DNA of 64,000 nucleotides. Origin: Tricharina praecox (taxonomy: Eukaryota). Below, one piece after another: positions 34,472 to 45,643 of the stretch (positions are counted from its first letter, which is position 1; every line of letters begins with the position of its first letter). The notes below the pieces were generated by a model. The model did not search any database. It was not told where the DNA came from and saw only the letters and a list, made by a program, of their open reading frames with translations. Made by a program: the position numbers and the translations under genes. Location of the stretch: contig NW_026250439.1 of NCBI RefSeq assembly GCF_024521635.1, positions 1-64,000 of the forward strand, written 5' to 3'.

Positions 34472-37324
34472 CTTTGAAACCGGTCAGTGAATGTTCGATT
34501 AGCACAGACTGACTATTGACCTCGAGCTATCCCGATGTGCCTTGACCGATAAAGAGGTAGTCGCTAGTAGATAAAATCAAGATGATAGCTGTGGCTATGT
34601 GCGTGCAGTAGTCGTCCTGGGTGACTGATCGGTGCGGTTCTTATCGTTCTATGGAAGGTGTATTCGCTGGTAAAGGTGCGGGGTAAGAAGTGGGGAACGA
34701 GGCTGAAAGTGCTTGCAGCTCAATGGACTCCTTGTAATTGCAAGGGTTGGTAGGTAGCGTATGTAGCTCCCTGCAGGGTTAAGGGCAATCACAGTAATCG
34801 TTAGTGTTATTGTTACCAGAGTATTTTACTACACAACGAGCCGAAGATGTTTCTCGATAGCAAGTGTATCCTATCGTTGAGAAATCCACTCTTCCACATA
34901 CGGCAAAGTATGATACCTATCTGACTCCGTCCTCGATGGTATATATAGTCCAGATTTAGTATCCTAGCGAATATCGTGGTCAGGGCTTAAGTATTTCGTC
35001 TTACTTAGTAACAATGCAATACGATATACCTGCTGGAGTTTGCCGCCGCTTCTGTGAGGCCACTGAAGGGCTACCTAACTAGTCCAGCAACGCGTGAGTT
35101 TTTTCCTTCAATAATATTGCTTGGAGAGCTATCCGGCAGCCCTGCGGAAGAATTTTCGACTTGAGGTCAGTATCGACCATGCAGCTGCTGTCGTCGTTCT
35201 TCGTGGATAGCCCATCTCCGTGGGCCCCCTGTCGCTTACGGTAGCTGCCACCGTTAGTTGCGCCAATAGGTATTCTAGTATAGCCATAGCATCAAACCGA
35301 TTTCCCCCCCATGCAGCCCATTAACGCCATGACCGGGCTCAGGCCAGACGACCACTGTCTGGATCGTCAACCGAGCGGAACAGCGGCGGATCTACCGACA
35401 AGCGGCTATTCCATCGAGTTTGGGCAACTGCAGAATGGCCCCGATGACGAGATACCTCGGGATGAAATCAGAGCAGGTGAAGGCGCCCTGTGACGTATCC
35501 TTAGATGAGTTGAATAGCCGCAAAGTGCATGCATGGATATCATGATTTAGCACACGGTGCACGTGGTAGTCCGGAAGGAAGTAGGAGGCGGACGAGCAGA
35601 TGCTACTTACTAGGTATGTACTGGTATGTATGAGCTTGGTATTGTAAAAAACCAATGTTGGGATTTTCTTACTAAAATAAGTACCAAAGTAGCCATCTTG
35701 CGGTCTCGCAATCCCCTCAATCTTCAATGGCAGCCCTCAAGTTTTCATCTGAGCTTCGATCGTGTGAAAACAAACACATCAATTGAGCACAAGTTTCAAC
35801 GACTGAGCAAGGACGTCCGTACTCCGGCTGGTGAGCCTACTAAAACGCAGCCAGAAATCATGATGCGCTACGTTCAGGCGAAGCAATCTTCCTGTTCCCT
35901 CGCACCCACGCCAACGCCTCGCCTCCTCTTTTGTCCTCACTACTGACAGGTCGGGCCTTCCCACTGCCCAGTACTGGGAAGGGTGGTTCTCTGTGTTTAA
36001 TCATCACCATGGCATTCGACCATACTAGAGCATGGCTGTTACATATACGTGCCAGCACCACTGCCCGGAGGCGTGACATGAGGTTTCCTATTACTCTCCA
36101 CCCGTCCTTGCTGAACCTTCCAAGGACCCCAAAGAAAACACTGTAATCAAGAAGCGAGATGAAATGCAAGTAATCCGCCGCAAAGATGTCCATAACAGCC
36201 CCCGTCCAACTCCCTCCTGCCGTCAAGAATTCGTCCAACTCCTCATCCCTTTCCACTTCCCCTTATAGCTCTCCGCCCCTCGCTCCGCCTTGATTTGCTC
36301 TTGTTCCCGCAGTGGTGCCTTCCGCGTCCGAATATATAGGTAGCCGTCTTTTGACCCGTAGCCGTGGCCTGAAGCTGATCACATTCTAGGCTGGGGACGG
36401 GGGCGTAGGAAGAAAAGCAGATTCTTCCCATTCTCCTTGATTGTTCCGTGGCCCGGCGAGTCCTCTTCCCCGGTTTTCTGGATGCCTCGCTCTTCCAGCC
36501 ACTGTGCTGCCCGCCTGGGCCCATAGCGACTTTTGGTGTTGCGTGAATAGTACCAAGTACTTATTTACTCAAGTACATGATTATTAACCATTTATGTAGG
36601 TAGTGGGTCATCGAGAGCAGCAATCCGCACAAAGCGATAAGTAAAGACTCGGTTCATCGGACATACATGTTGGAATACCAGCACTATACGGAGGTGTGGG
36701 TGGTCAGCGGCGGCGGCGCCGATAGGACGTCGGCGGAGGCAGGTGGTGCCGGCAGGTAGTCGACGGCAGGATATAAGAGTCGGTAGATAGCTGTCAATGG
36801 AAAGGCAACTCTCACACATATCATACATTCGAGTGAAACTCTGTGCCTTTCAACAATACACAATCTGTTCGGACTTGGGTTGCTGATAGAAGTAATCAAT
36901 CGACTCCTCCGGTCTATCTAATCGCATCTAATCACATCTCGTAACTCACTTGCAAGCCGGTCCGGTCAATGGCGGTGGTGAAGCTCCCGCTCACCGGGCA
37001 GGTAGACTTCCAGGCGCGAGGACCCACCGACTCTCGGGAGCCCCATTCACAGATTATTCCGAAGCTCAATTCCTGCAGCTTCTCCCCATTCCGCTTTTGC
37101 CCCATCTTCAAGTTCAGAGATCTACTCGATTTTCCTAACAAGAATCGAGCCTGTATGGTTGATGATTACATAAGTTTAACTAGTAGTTAAGCGACTCAAC
37201 ACCTCCCCTCCATCCCCCCCCCCCGCACACAACGTCACCACCCTACGGTACCAGCCTTACGAAGCACCACCGAAACCATCAACACCAGCGACACCACCAA
37301 CATCATCAACACCACCAACACGCG

Positions 37325-38542
37325 ATGAGGCTGATCCGCAAAAGCCTCGAAAAAGACGGGCAAGGGCAGATGACGCTTCTCCCGGAAGTAGCCGAAGACA
37401 TGGTGCGTACCTCGCAGCGGGCAACTCGCAATTTCCAGCGGCGCTAACCCTCGCAGTGGCACGCCTACAACCTGATCCGGCCTGGGGACGTATTGCGAGC
37501 ATCCGCGCTGCGCAAAGTGACCACGACGTCCGCGACGGGAACCACGACGTCGACGCGCGTGCACACGATGCTCACGATCACCGTCGACAAGATCGACTTC
37601 TCGCCGGCGGACCTGGCGCTGCATATTGGCGGGCGCGTGTGCGACGAGAATAAGTACGTGGCGGTGGGCGCGCACCACACGCTCGACCTAGAGCTGGCGA
37701 GGAACTTCACCCTGTCGAAGCCCGAGTGGGACTCTGTCGCGCTAGAGACAGTGCGCGAGGCGTGCTCACCGTGCGATAATGCCGAGATCGCGGCTATCAC
37801 ACTGCATGATGGCCTCGCGCACGTGTGTGCGGTTGGGGAACATACGACGGTCATTAGGCAGAGGATCGAGATGGCGATTCCGAAGAAGCGCGGGGGGAAC
37901 ATCGAGGCGCACGAGAAGGGGTTGGCAAAGTTCTACGCGGCGATTACTGAGGCGTTCCTCAGGCTGTTTGAGGTGGACAAGGTCAAGGTGGTACTACTGG
38001 GGAGTCCGGGGTTCTACGCTACGAAGCTGAGGGAATACATCTTTACGCATGCGGAGAAGACGGAGAATAAGGCGCTGCTCAGGGCGAGGCCCAAGTTCAT
38101 TGTTGAACACACCAGCAGCGGTCACAAGCACGCGCTCAACGAGGCGTTGCTGAGTCCTGCGGTCCGCGCGAAGTTAGCGGATACCAGGTTTGCGCGCGAG
38201 ACGGACGCGGTCGAGAGATTCTTCCGGATGATTCACACGGAGGAGGAGCGCGCGTGGTACGGCGCGAAGGAAGTGGCAAAGGCGGTGGAGAAGGGCGCGG
38301 TGGCTACGCTGTTAATCTGCGACAGTCTGTTCCGCAGCCAGACGGTGGCCGAGCGGCGGAGGTACGTAGCGATGAAGGAGGAGGTGGAAAAGCAGGGAGG
38401 CGAGGTGATGGTGCTCAGTAGTATACACGAGAGCGGAGTGCGGCTGGACGGACTTGGAGGGATCGCCGCGATCCTGACATTTCCGCTGGCCGATCTGGAC
38501 GAGGACGACGAGGACGTCGCAATCGAGGAGAATCAAAACTGA
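37325..38542 (+). CDS. DOM34: Dom34/Pelota ribosome-rescue factor
   Basis: Exon 37325-37402 (MRLIRKSLEKDGQGQMTLLPEVAEDM), intron to 37456, then WHAYNLIRPGD...HHTLDLE...PKKR...SPGF...SSGHKHAL...LDGLGGIAAILTFPL. Confidence 0.97.
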
Positions 38543-38657
38543 ACCTCCTCCTCTATCTTTCCGGCTGTGTGTGTGTGTGTAGGTGAAAGCAAACTCCGAA
38601 CGCCGATACGTGAGGATATTGTACAAATGGTGGTGCTACAACCGGTAATCTCGCCGC

Positions 38658-39371
38658 CTAGTGTCGTGTCGCCATCGCCGCCTCATCCGCCGCGCGCGCC
38701 TCCCGCCGTCCAGCGCCAATCCCCATGTATTCAAACACGCCTCCATGCTGCCCCTTCAAACAGCGTATCGCGTCCTGCGCCAGCCCAAACCCCGCACCAA
38801 TAACGAACCCCTTCTTCGCAGTCCGCACCGCAAACCCGTAGCCCAGTCCATCTATTTCCCGTCAGCCTCTCTCCCGCATCCCACCGCCCGGGGAAAACCC
38901 ACGCCAAAGCGAAAACACCCCCGCGCCGCCCAAGCCCGCACAGACAGTACTCAGGGCATCCACGCGTCCTCTTAACCGATCGACCGCGTCCTCAAAGATG
39001 ACAAACATGGCGACCCACGCGCCCACCCGGACCGCATGCTTCACGCCCGCCACAACCGCGCCGTACGCTACGTGGTAGTTCTTCGTCTTGTGGTAGAAGT
39101 ACCAGCCCTTTGTCGACGTCGGTTGGCGGTGCGAGTTCTCCGCCCGGAAGATCAGCGACGCTCTGTGACCGCCCACCATTGACCCCAGCGCGCCGCCGAG
39201 GAGGATCGATGTGCCCGTCAGGATGGGGAGGCGCAGGGCGAAGGGGATCGAGAGGCGCGGGGTTTGCGCGGTTGGAGGAAGAAACATTGTGGGCGTGGTG
39301 GGCGTGGTGGGTGTGCTGGATGTGGAGCTCGGCGTGGTCGTTGCCGTCGTGGTCGTTGCCGTCGTGGACAT
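38658..39371 (-). CDS. Conserved fungal membrane protein, Tim17/Tim22/Tim23-like
   Basis: ATG at 39371; FRAENSHRQPTSTKGWYFYHKTKNY motif; Gly-rich transmembrane helices; intron 38902-38852; last exon HGLGYGFAVRTAKKGFVIGAGFGLAQDAIR...* ends at 38658. Confidence 0.8.
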
Positions 39372-40449
39372 CGCGGTCGGTGATGGGTCGGCGGCCGTGG
39401 GAGCTGGGCGGGGATGTGTTGGTGGGGTTACCCGGTTGGTTACACGGGGTTGTGTGATGCGGCAACATCCGCTCCACACATGGCTAGATCGATCTGTGTC
39501 CGTCGATGTCCGTACGGCGGGACCAGATTCAACAATTCTCGGAGAATAATCAAGACATCTATTGTATGGTGATAAGAGGGTCAAATCATGAAGGAAGAAT
39601 AAGCACGTGATGGGCTGACTGTCGCCAGGAGCTAATCCATTCTGGCAAGCGTCACTGGATTTACGTCACGACAAGCCACATAACGTGGATTCGGAGCAGT
39701 AGATGTGAGCATAACCTTTTCACATCACTCTTTGAGTCCAACACCGCCGTAAATCACATTGCTTCCGTTGCTTCCGTCGTTCCTTCAATTGGATACTGCA
39801 CAATGGACTTGTTTCCGCTATTGTCAGGGAACTAATTGAGCACTCACCAAATGTTATTCAGTTTCTTCCAACTGGATGTCCGTGTGGATTGGGCCCAGCC
39901 GTTTCCTCGGTGCCATGCCTTGTCATTGCCTCCCGAAGCTTGATTAAGAGGTGGCGAGTCTCGCCCGATCCCACAAAACCTATTGGATACCCAATTTCGC
40001 AATTGCTTATATCGGCGTCGCTTTGTACGTATTTACCTGCGGAGCCTGTGAATCCTGATCAGGACGGTATGTAGACACGATAACCCGGTGCACTGTGTAC
40101 GTACGTCATTGTTTGGAACACGGAAGCCTAATGCCCAAAGAGTGAGATTTACCTCTTCGTCTAAAACGGCGGCAGTTTGATGTGTCATACTCCTACATAC
40201 CTGTGCGTGACCGCCGCTGCTACATATCTGACGACTTGCCAATTGTGGTGATATCACCACCTCCAAAGCCTTACCGTTGGTACCCTCCAATATAGATATC
40301 TCGGTACCCACGCTGACCACATCCACACTTCCACGTGCCAACGCGGCCGTTCGGATCCTCGGCACGGGTATCATCCCTGCAGCCCACACTCTCGCTCCAC
40401 CACCATGCCCGCACCCCAACGGCCGCCCACTTCCAGTATATCAACAAGT

Positions 40450-41442
40450 ATGTACCGCCTCCCCCTCCCCCTCCACCTCCGCCCGCTCTCCCACCTCACC
40501 CTTCCACCAATACTCCTCCGCCCTCCCCTTCCACCCCACTGCCCGTTCACAACCTCCCCAATGCCCCCCAGCACCCCCTCCACTCCCCGCCACAGCGCAC
40601 CCGCACCCCGCCCCTCATCCTCCCTCCTCCTCCTCTCCCCCACCAACCGCCTCCTATTCCTGCAGCGCCCAACACACCACAGCTTCGCATCAGCCCACGT
40701 CTTCCCCGGCGGCGTCGTGTCCCCCACCGACAGCAGCGCACAGGAGTGTGCGCTCCGCGAAACGTTCGAGGAGACGGGGATACTTCTGACGGCTTCTGCA
40801 CCACGCGGGCTGGCTGGGGCTGGGGGGGCGGGGGCGGGGGAGCTGGCGGACGCACAGGCGCGCGTACACGCTGGTACGCTGTCGTTTTCTTCGTGGGTTA
40901 GCAGTATCGGCGGTACGCTGCTACCTTCAGCCGAGCTGCTCCCGGCAACAACGTGGACCACCCCCCCCGGCCAGTGGAAGCGGTACTGCAGCGCTATGTT
41001 TCTCGCGCAGCTGCCTGGGTGGATTCGCGACGAGGACGCAGTGGGGGATGGGGGGGTTGAGGGGGTTGGGCGCCCGGTGTGGATGAGCCCGGAGGAGGCG
41101 CTGGTGAAAGCGAGGGGGGGGGAGGTATTGTTGTACCCGCCGCAACTTTATTTGCTCACGGAGATGGCGAGGGTGCTTGGAGAGGGAGGCGGGTGGGAGG
41201 GGGTCAGGGACTGGGCGGGGCGGAAGGGCGGGTTAGAGTGTGAGCCGGAAAGGGAGGTAGTGCTGAAGAGTGGTGAGTGGGTTATGGGACTGGGGCCGCG
41301 GGGGGATAGGGACGTGGTCGTGACGCTGCTGGTGGGCGAGAAGGGGACGGAACCGAGGGCTATGGAGGTGGTGCCGCGAAAGGAGATGATGGAGCGGCTG
41401 GAGAGGGAGAGGGTGGAGGGGGAGAGGTTGGAGAAGCTGTAG
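40450..41442 (+). CDS. Nudix hydrolase, NUDT19-like (acyl-CoA diphosphatase family)
   Basis: PRPSSSLLLL...SFASAHVFPGG...ALRETFEETGILL Nudix box, WTTP, and LYPPQLYLL. In-frame ATGs at 40405, 40450 and 40561; the start is uncertain. Confidence 0.88.
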   Translation: MYRLPLPLHLRPLSHLTLPPILLRPPLPPHCPFTTSPMPPSTPSTPRHSAPAPRPSSSLLLLSPTNRLLFLQRPTHHSFASAHVFPGGVVSPTDSSAQECALRETFEETGILLTASAPRGLAGAGGAGAGELADAQARVHAGTLSFSSWVSSIGGTLLPSAELLPATTWTTPPGQWKRYCSAMFLAQLPGWIRDEDAVGDGGVEGVGRPVWMSPEEALVKARGGEVLLYPPQLYLLTEMARVLGEGGGWEGVRDWAGRKGGLECEPEREVVLKSGEWVMGLGPRGDRDVVVTLLVGEKGTEPRAMEVVPRKEMMERLERERVEGERLEKL

Positions 41443-41734
41443 ATGTTAGGAAGACATGCATATCACTCGAGCTGAGACGGTGGTGTTGAAGAGTGGCATG
41501 CTATGAACTAGGACTGCACACACATCCCAACCACCACACGCTTGGTACCTGTTAGCCCCAGAGTATCATATACAAAATCAACCGATCCCACTAGCAGAGA
41601 CCGAGCACGACAGAAAACAAATCGAAAGAGAAAATAAGCAGAGGCCCCATCCGCCGCTCTTTTAGTTATCCCATAAACGCAATATCCCAACGCAGCCAGC
41701 CCAACCATACTCCAACTTAACACAAAGCACCCAT

Positions 41735-43574
41735 CTAAGCATATAGCTTCTTGTTGAACTCGTGCAGGCCGTGCACGTTACCCTCCGCCTGGGCCGAGAC
41801 AGTTCTGATCTCGAAGCGCACCTCGCCCTTGCGCACGCCCTTCTGCAGCGCCTCGATGCTCGTAACACCGATGTCCTGGAGGGAGTGCTGGAGCCCCGCC
41901 TGGAGGTACGGCACGAACTTTGTGACGGAGCCGCGGTCGAGCACGGAGCCGGAGACACCCTGCGCGACGCGCACACTATCGCCCTCCGAGAAGTAGCGGC
42001 CGGTGGCAGCGTTGTCCGCCGACTTCTGACTCTCCATGGCGTCGATCGAGCCCATGCCACGGTAGGCCTTGACCATCTTGCCCTCGGCGGACAGGAAGTA
42101 CTTTCCGGGGGACTCGGTGGTTCCGGCGAGGAGACCACCCATCATGACGGTGGAGGCACCAAGCGCGATGGCCTTGACGATGTGGCCAACGTTCTGGACT
42201 CCTCCGTCGGCCATGCACGGCACGCCGAAGCGGTTGGCGAACTCGCAGATGGAGTATACGGCAGTGGCCTGGGGACGTCCGACGGCCATGACCTCCTGGG
42301 TGATGCAGGCGGAGCCAGAGCCCATTCCGATACGGAGACCGTCGGCGCCGGCAGCGATCAGGTTTGCGGCCTGCTCACGGGTGACAACGTTACCGGCAAT
42401 GACGTCGATGTTGGGGAAGGTCGCCTTGATCCACTTGAGCATCGAGATCTGGTACATCGAGTTACCCTGCGACGAGTCCATGATGACGATGTCGAGGCCA
42501 GCCTCGACGAGCTTGCGCAGACGCTCCTTGTCGTCCTCGCGGGTGCCGATGGCGGCGGCGCAGAGCAGCTGCTTGCTGTCGACTTTGGACGCGAGGGGGA
42601 AGTGCAGGTTCTTCATCAGGTCGGAACGCGAGAGGAGCGCGGTCAGGTTGTTGTTCTTGTCGACGATCGGGAGCTTGCCCTTCTTGGACGAACGCAGGAT
42701 CTGGTTGGCCTCGGCGAGAGTGATGCCCTCGGGGGCGGTGATCAAGTCCGTGGTCATAACCTCGGCCAGGGGGGTGGTATCGTCACGGTGGAACTGGATA
42801 TCTCGCATCGTGACGATTCCGACGAGCTTGGACTTCAGGTTGCCATCCTCTGAGCAGCAATAAAGTCAGCGAACCGTCGACAACAATTGCGAGTAGTATC
42901 AGGAAAATGAAGTTAAAGAAAGAGAGCTCAGTTCCGTCTTGAAACATAAGAAATATAATCCACATAGATAATTGAGGAAGGAAATTGTTATAATCACAGC
43001 TCTGGGGAAATGAAAAAAGAAAAAAAAGATTGAAGGAGGAGTCATACCAGTTACGGGGATACCGGCAAATCCGTGCTCATGCTTGACCTGGCGAACGTCT
43101 CCTACGGTGTTCGCGGGGCTCATGACCACCGGGTCAAGGATGAAACCGTTCTCGTAACGCTTGACCTTGCGCACCATCTCGGCCTGCTCATCGGCGGTGC
43201 AGTTGTGGTGGATGACACCAACACCTCCCAACAGCGCCATGAAGATGGCCATGTCGGTCTCGGTGACGGTGTCCATCGGCGACGACACCAAAGGCAGCCT
43301 CAGCGAGATGCGCTTGGTGATCTTCGACTCGAGGGTGACGTCGTGCGAGGCGAAACCGATGTAGCCGGGCAGGATCAGGAAGTCGTTGTAGCTGCAATTC
43401 CGGCAAGATCAGAGACGGTGATAGCGGAGGGAAGGAACATGGTACTCACGTCATTCCTCCCCGCTTATCGGAGTCCAAGAGAGACTTGACATCTAAGCCG
43501 TCCCTCTGGTAGTCGGTCTTCAGATACTCGACAGCCGACGTGAAGTCGAGGATAGTGGGAGTGGTGGAGGACAT
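41735..43574 (-). CDS. Inosine-5'-monophosphate dehydrogenase (IMPDH)
   Basis: Exons 43574-43450, 43391-43048, 42849-41735. Motifs [19 protein letters not shown], a CBS pair, DSSQGNS, catalytic [22 protein letters not shown] and AQGVSG. Confidence 0.98.
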
Positions 43575-45300
43575 GGTGTAGGAGTCGTGGCGGGTAGAAG
43601 AGAAGGAAGGAGGAAAGAAGGTGGGTTCTTTCTGCTTGACTCGAAAGTGTTTCCTGTTCCTACTACTTCTTCTGCGGGAGATGTGAGAGGGAGGAAGTGT
43701 TTTCAGAGACAAGGGAAACGGGTATTGACCGGTCCAAGTAAAAGAAAGAAGAAGAAAGGAGCGCGAGATGGCATTTTATGGCGGGGCAGATGACACTATT
43801 TTCGCATTAAGCTAGGGCGCTGTGGGCCGTGTGAACTTTTTTCCTGAAAAATTTCAGTTGTTGGTGGGGGGCTTGGCGGTGGGGTGATGGTTCAAGTTAG
43901 GGCGAGAGCGCGTAAAGCATCGTCCCATCCGGCTAAGTCATTTTAAGCTTGACTCGCTGACATCTGGGCTACTCGTTATCTTATCAATCGCTGAGTCATG
44001 CTGCGTCGGATGTTTTTGGCATCTGCTCGACGGCGGGATTGACATGGCCACCGTTTGGGCGGGTGGAGGGGTGTGTGCTAGAAATCGTCCCGCACATGTG
44101 GAAGTAGACCCCGACACCCTGGGGCGACGATCAAGGGCGCAACCGGAGAAGGGCTGGGAACTTCCGTAGGCGGACACGCACGAAAGACGAGGAGGATGAT
44201 GAAGATGTCACTCTAACTCCGCCCTGAGGTCGCATCTGCTCTAGCGTTATGCTTCCTCAGACGCCGTCTGATGCTGCTCCCCTCATGTTGCTTCGAATCT
44301 CATCGTATCGTATCTTATCTTATCACATCCCTCTGGACGGTAGTCAACACTGCGCCAGAAGTATTGGCTACGGCTTCAAAGAGGATGTCACAATTATCTG
44401 CACATGTTTAAAACTGTTGTTGAAGCCCTCGCTCCCTCGAGCCATCGAGTCGTCCTCGGTCAGCAGCTGCCAGGATGTCGACTCGGAGAAGCCACGGGAG
44501 CACACGAGGTGATTTCCGCTGATTTGGACAACCCGGTGTGCGTCGCGCATTGAGTGCTGCCGTCGAGGTCTATGTGTGTGCAGTCATCTACTCTAGATGT
44601 GTTTCTGTCAAGCTGCGATGCCATCCTCTTTATCTGATCTTTTCCATCTCATCTCTGCCGCCGCGCAACTAGCCACTTCGTCCCACCAGCCACACCCTGA
44701 CACACCCGCCCCTCCGTGGTTGCCACAGCGACGAGCGCACCCTGCGCACACAACAAACAGCGCATTTCGTTGGTTCACAGGCCTGCGAAGCCATCGCTCC
44801 CAGCCAACCAGAACCCCCATCGCGGCATGTACCTCATGTAGAGTGGATGGTGATACGGTTCTCTGCATGATATGATCCCCCGTGAGAGTTTGTTGTTTTG
44901 ATGCGCGATAGTCAGAGACTGTTGAAAAGGACCGCGACGGGAAACAGAAGCCCAACTTCTCCATCTCCATCTTCTCCATCTCCACCTTCCTCTTCTTCTG
45001 TCTCCGCTCTAGCGACCGAACCATACTAGTAACTACCGCACCCCAACGATCGATTTCGTCACCTCGCATCTCCCTCCCCCTCTGCCTACCACCGCCTCTT
45101 CGTCTCCCCTGACCGCCATCTTCACCTCTTCAACCTCATCCCTCTCTATCCCCTTCGCAGCGCGAATCCACGCCTGTTGATCGATCACGCACCTCTCGTC
45201 CGCGTCGCTCTTCGCCGTTCGTCCCGCCGCTACTTGCTCGGGCCTCCGCTCGCTTATCGCCGCCCACACAGAACTACACGAACTAGAGCACCTATACCGA

Positions 45301-45335
45301 GATAGAGAGAGAGAGAGAGAAAGAGAGAAAGAGAG
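45301..45335. repeat. Imperfect (GA)n microsatellite upstream of IQGAP
   Basis: Directly visible. Confidence 0.85.
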
Positions 45336-45643
45336 AACCGTGACCTGCGGAAAGAGCCTCCTTGCTGTTACGACCCCTCATCAACATATCCCCACCTTCA
45401 TATCATCCCAAAGTACCACAACACCCTTTCCAGCGCTATCCCTCGCGTCTGGTCGCGCTCCTTCAGCTGCAAAATCTGCGAAGTGAGTTCCTGCCCCCAC
45501 AGCGATCATTTACGCGCCGGGCGTGTGTGGCTGTGTGTGTGCGTGTACGACCGAGGAGACCTGAGAGACTGAGAGTGGCAGCTACCAACCGATCCTGCCT
45601 CTGATCCCCCCACTCCTCGAAACCGGATCCCACGGTCGATGTC

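Noticed and set aside
35858..36524. Minus-strand ORFs of 132 and 93 aa
   Set aside because: No domain signature; possibly a degraded gene, but evidence is insufficient.
41751..42863. Long antisense ORFs over IMPDH (and similarly over IQGAP, DOM34 and the Zn2Cys6 gene)
   Set aside because: Shadow ORFs caused by GC-rich third codon positions of the real genes.
41735..43574. IMPDH as a self-resistance gene of a mycophenolate-like biosynthetic cluster
   Set aside because: Neighbours are housekeeping genes, there is no PKS, NRPS or prenyltransferase in the window, and the canonical YRGMGS motif is retained.
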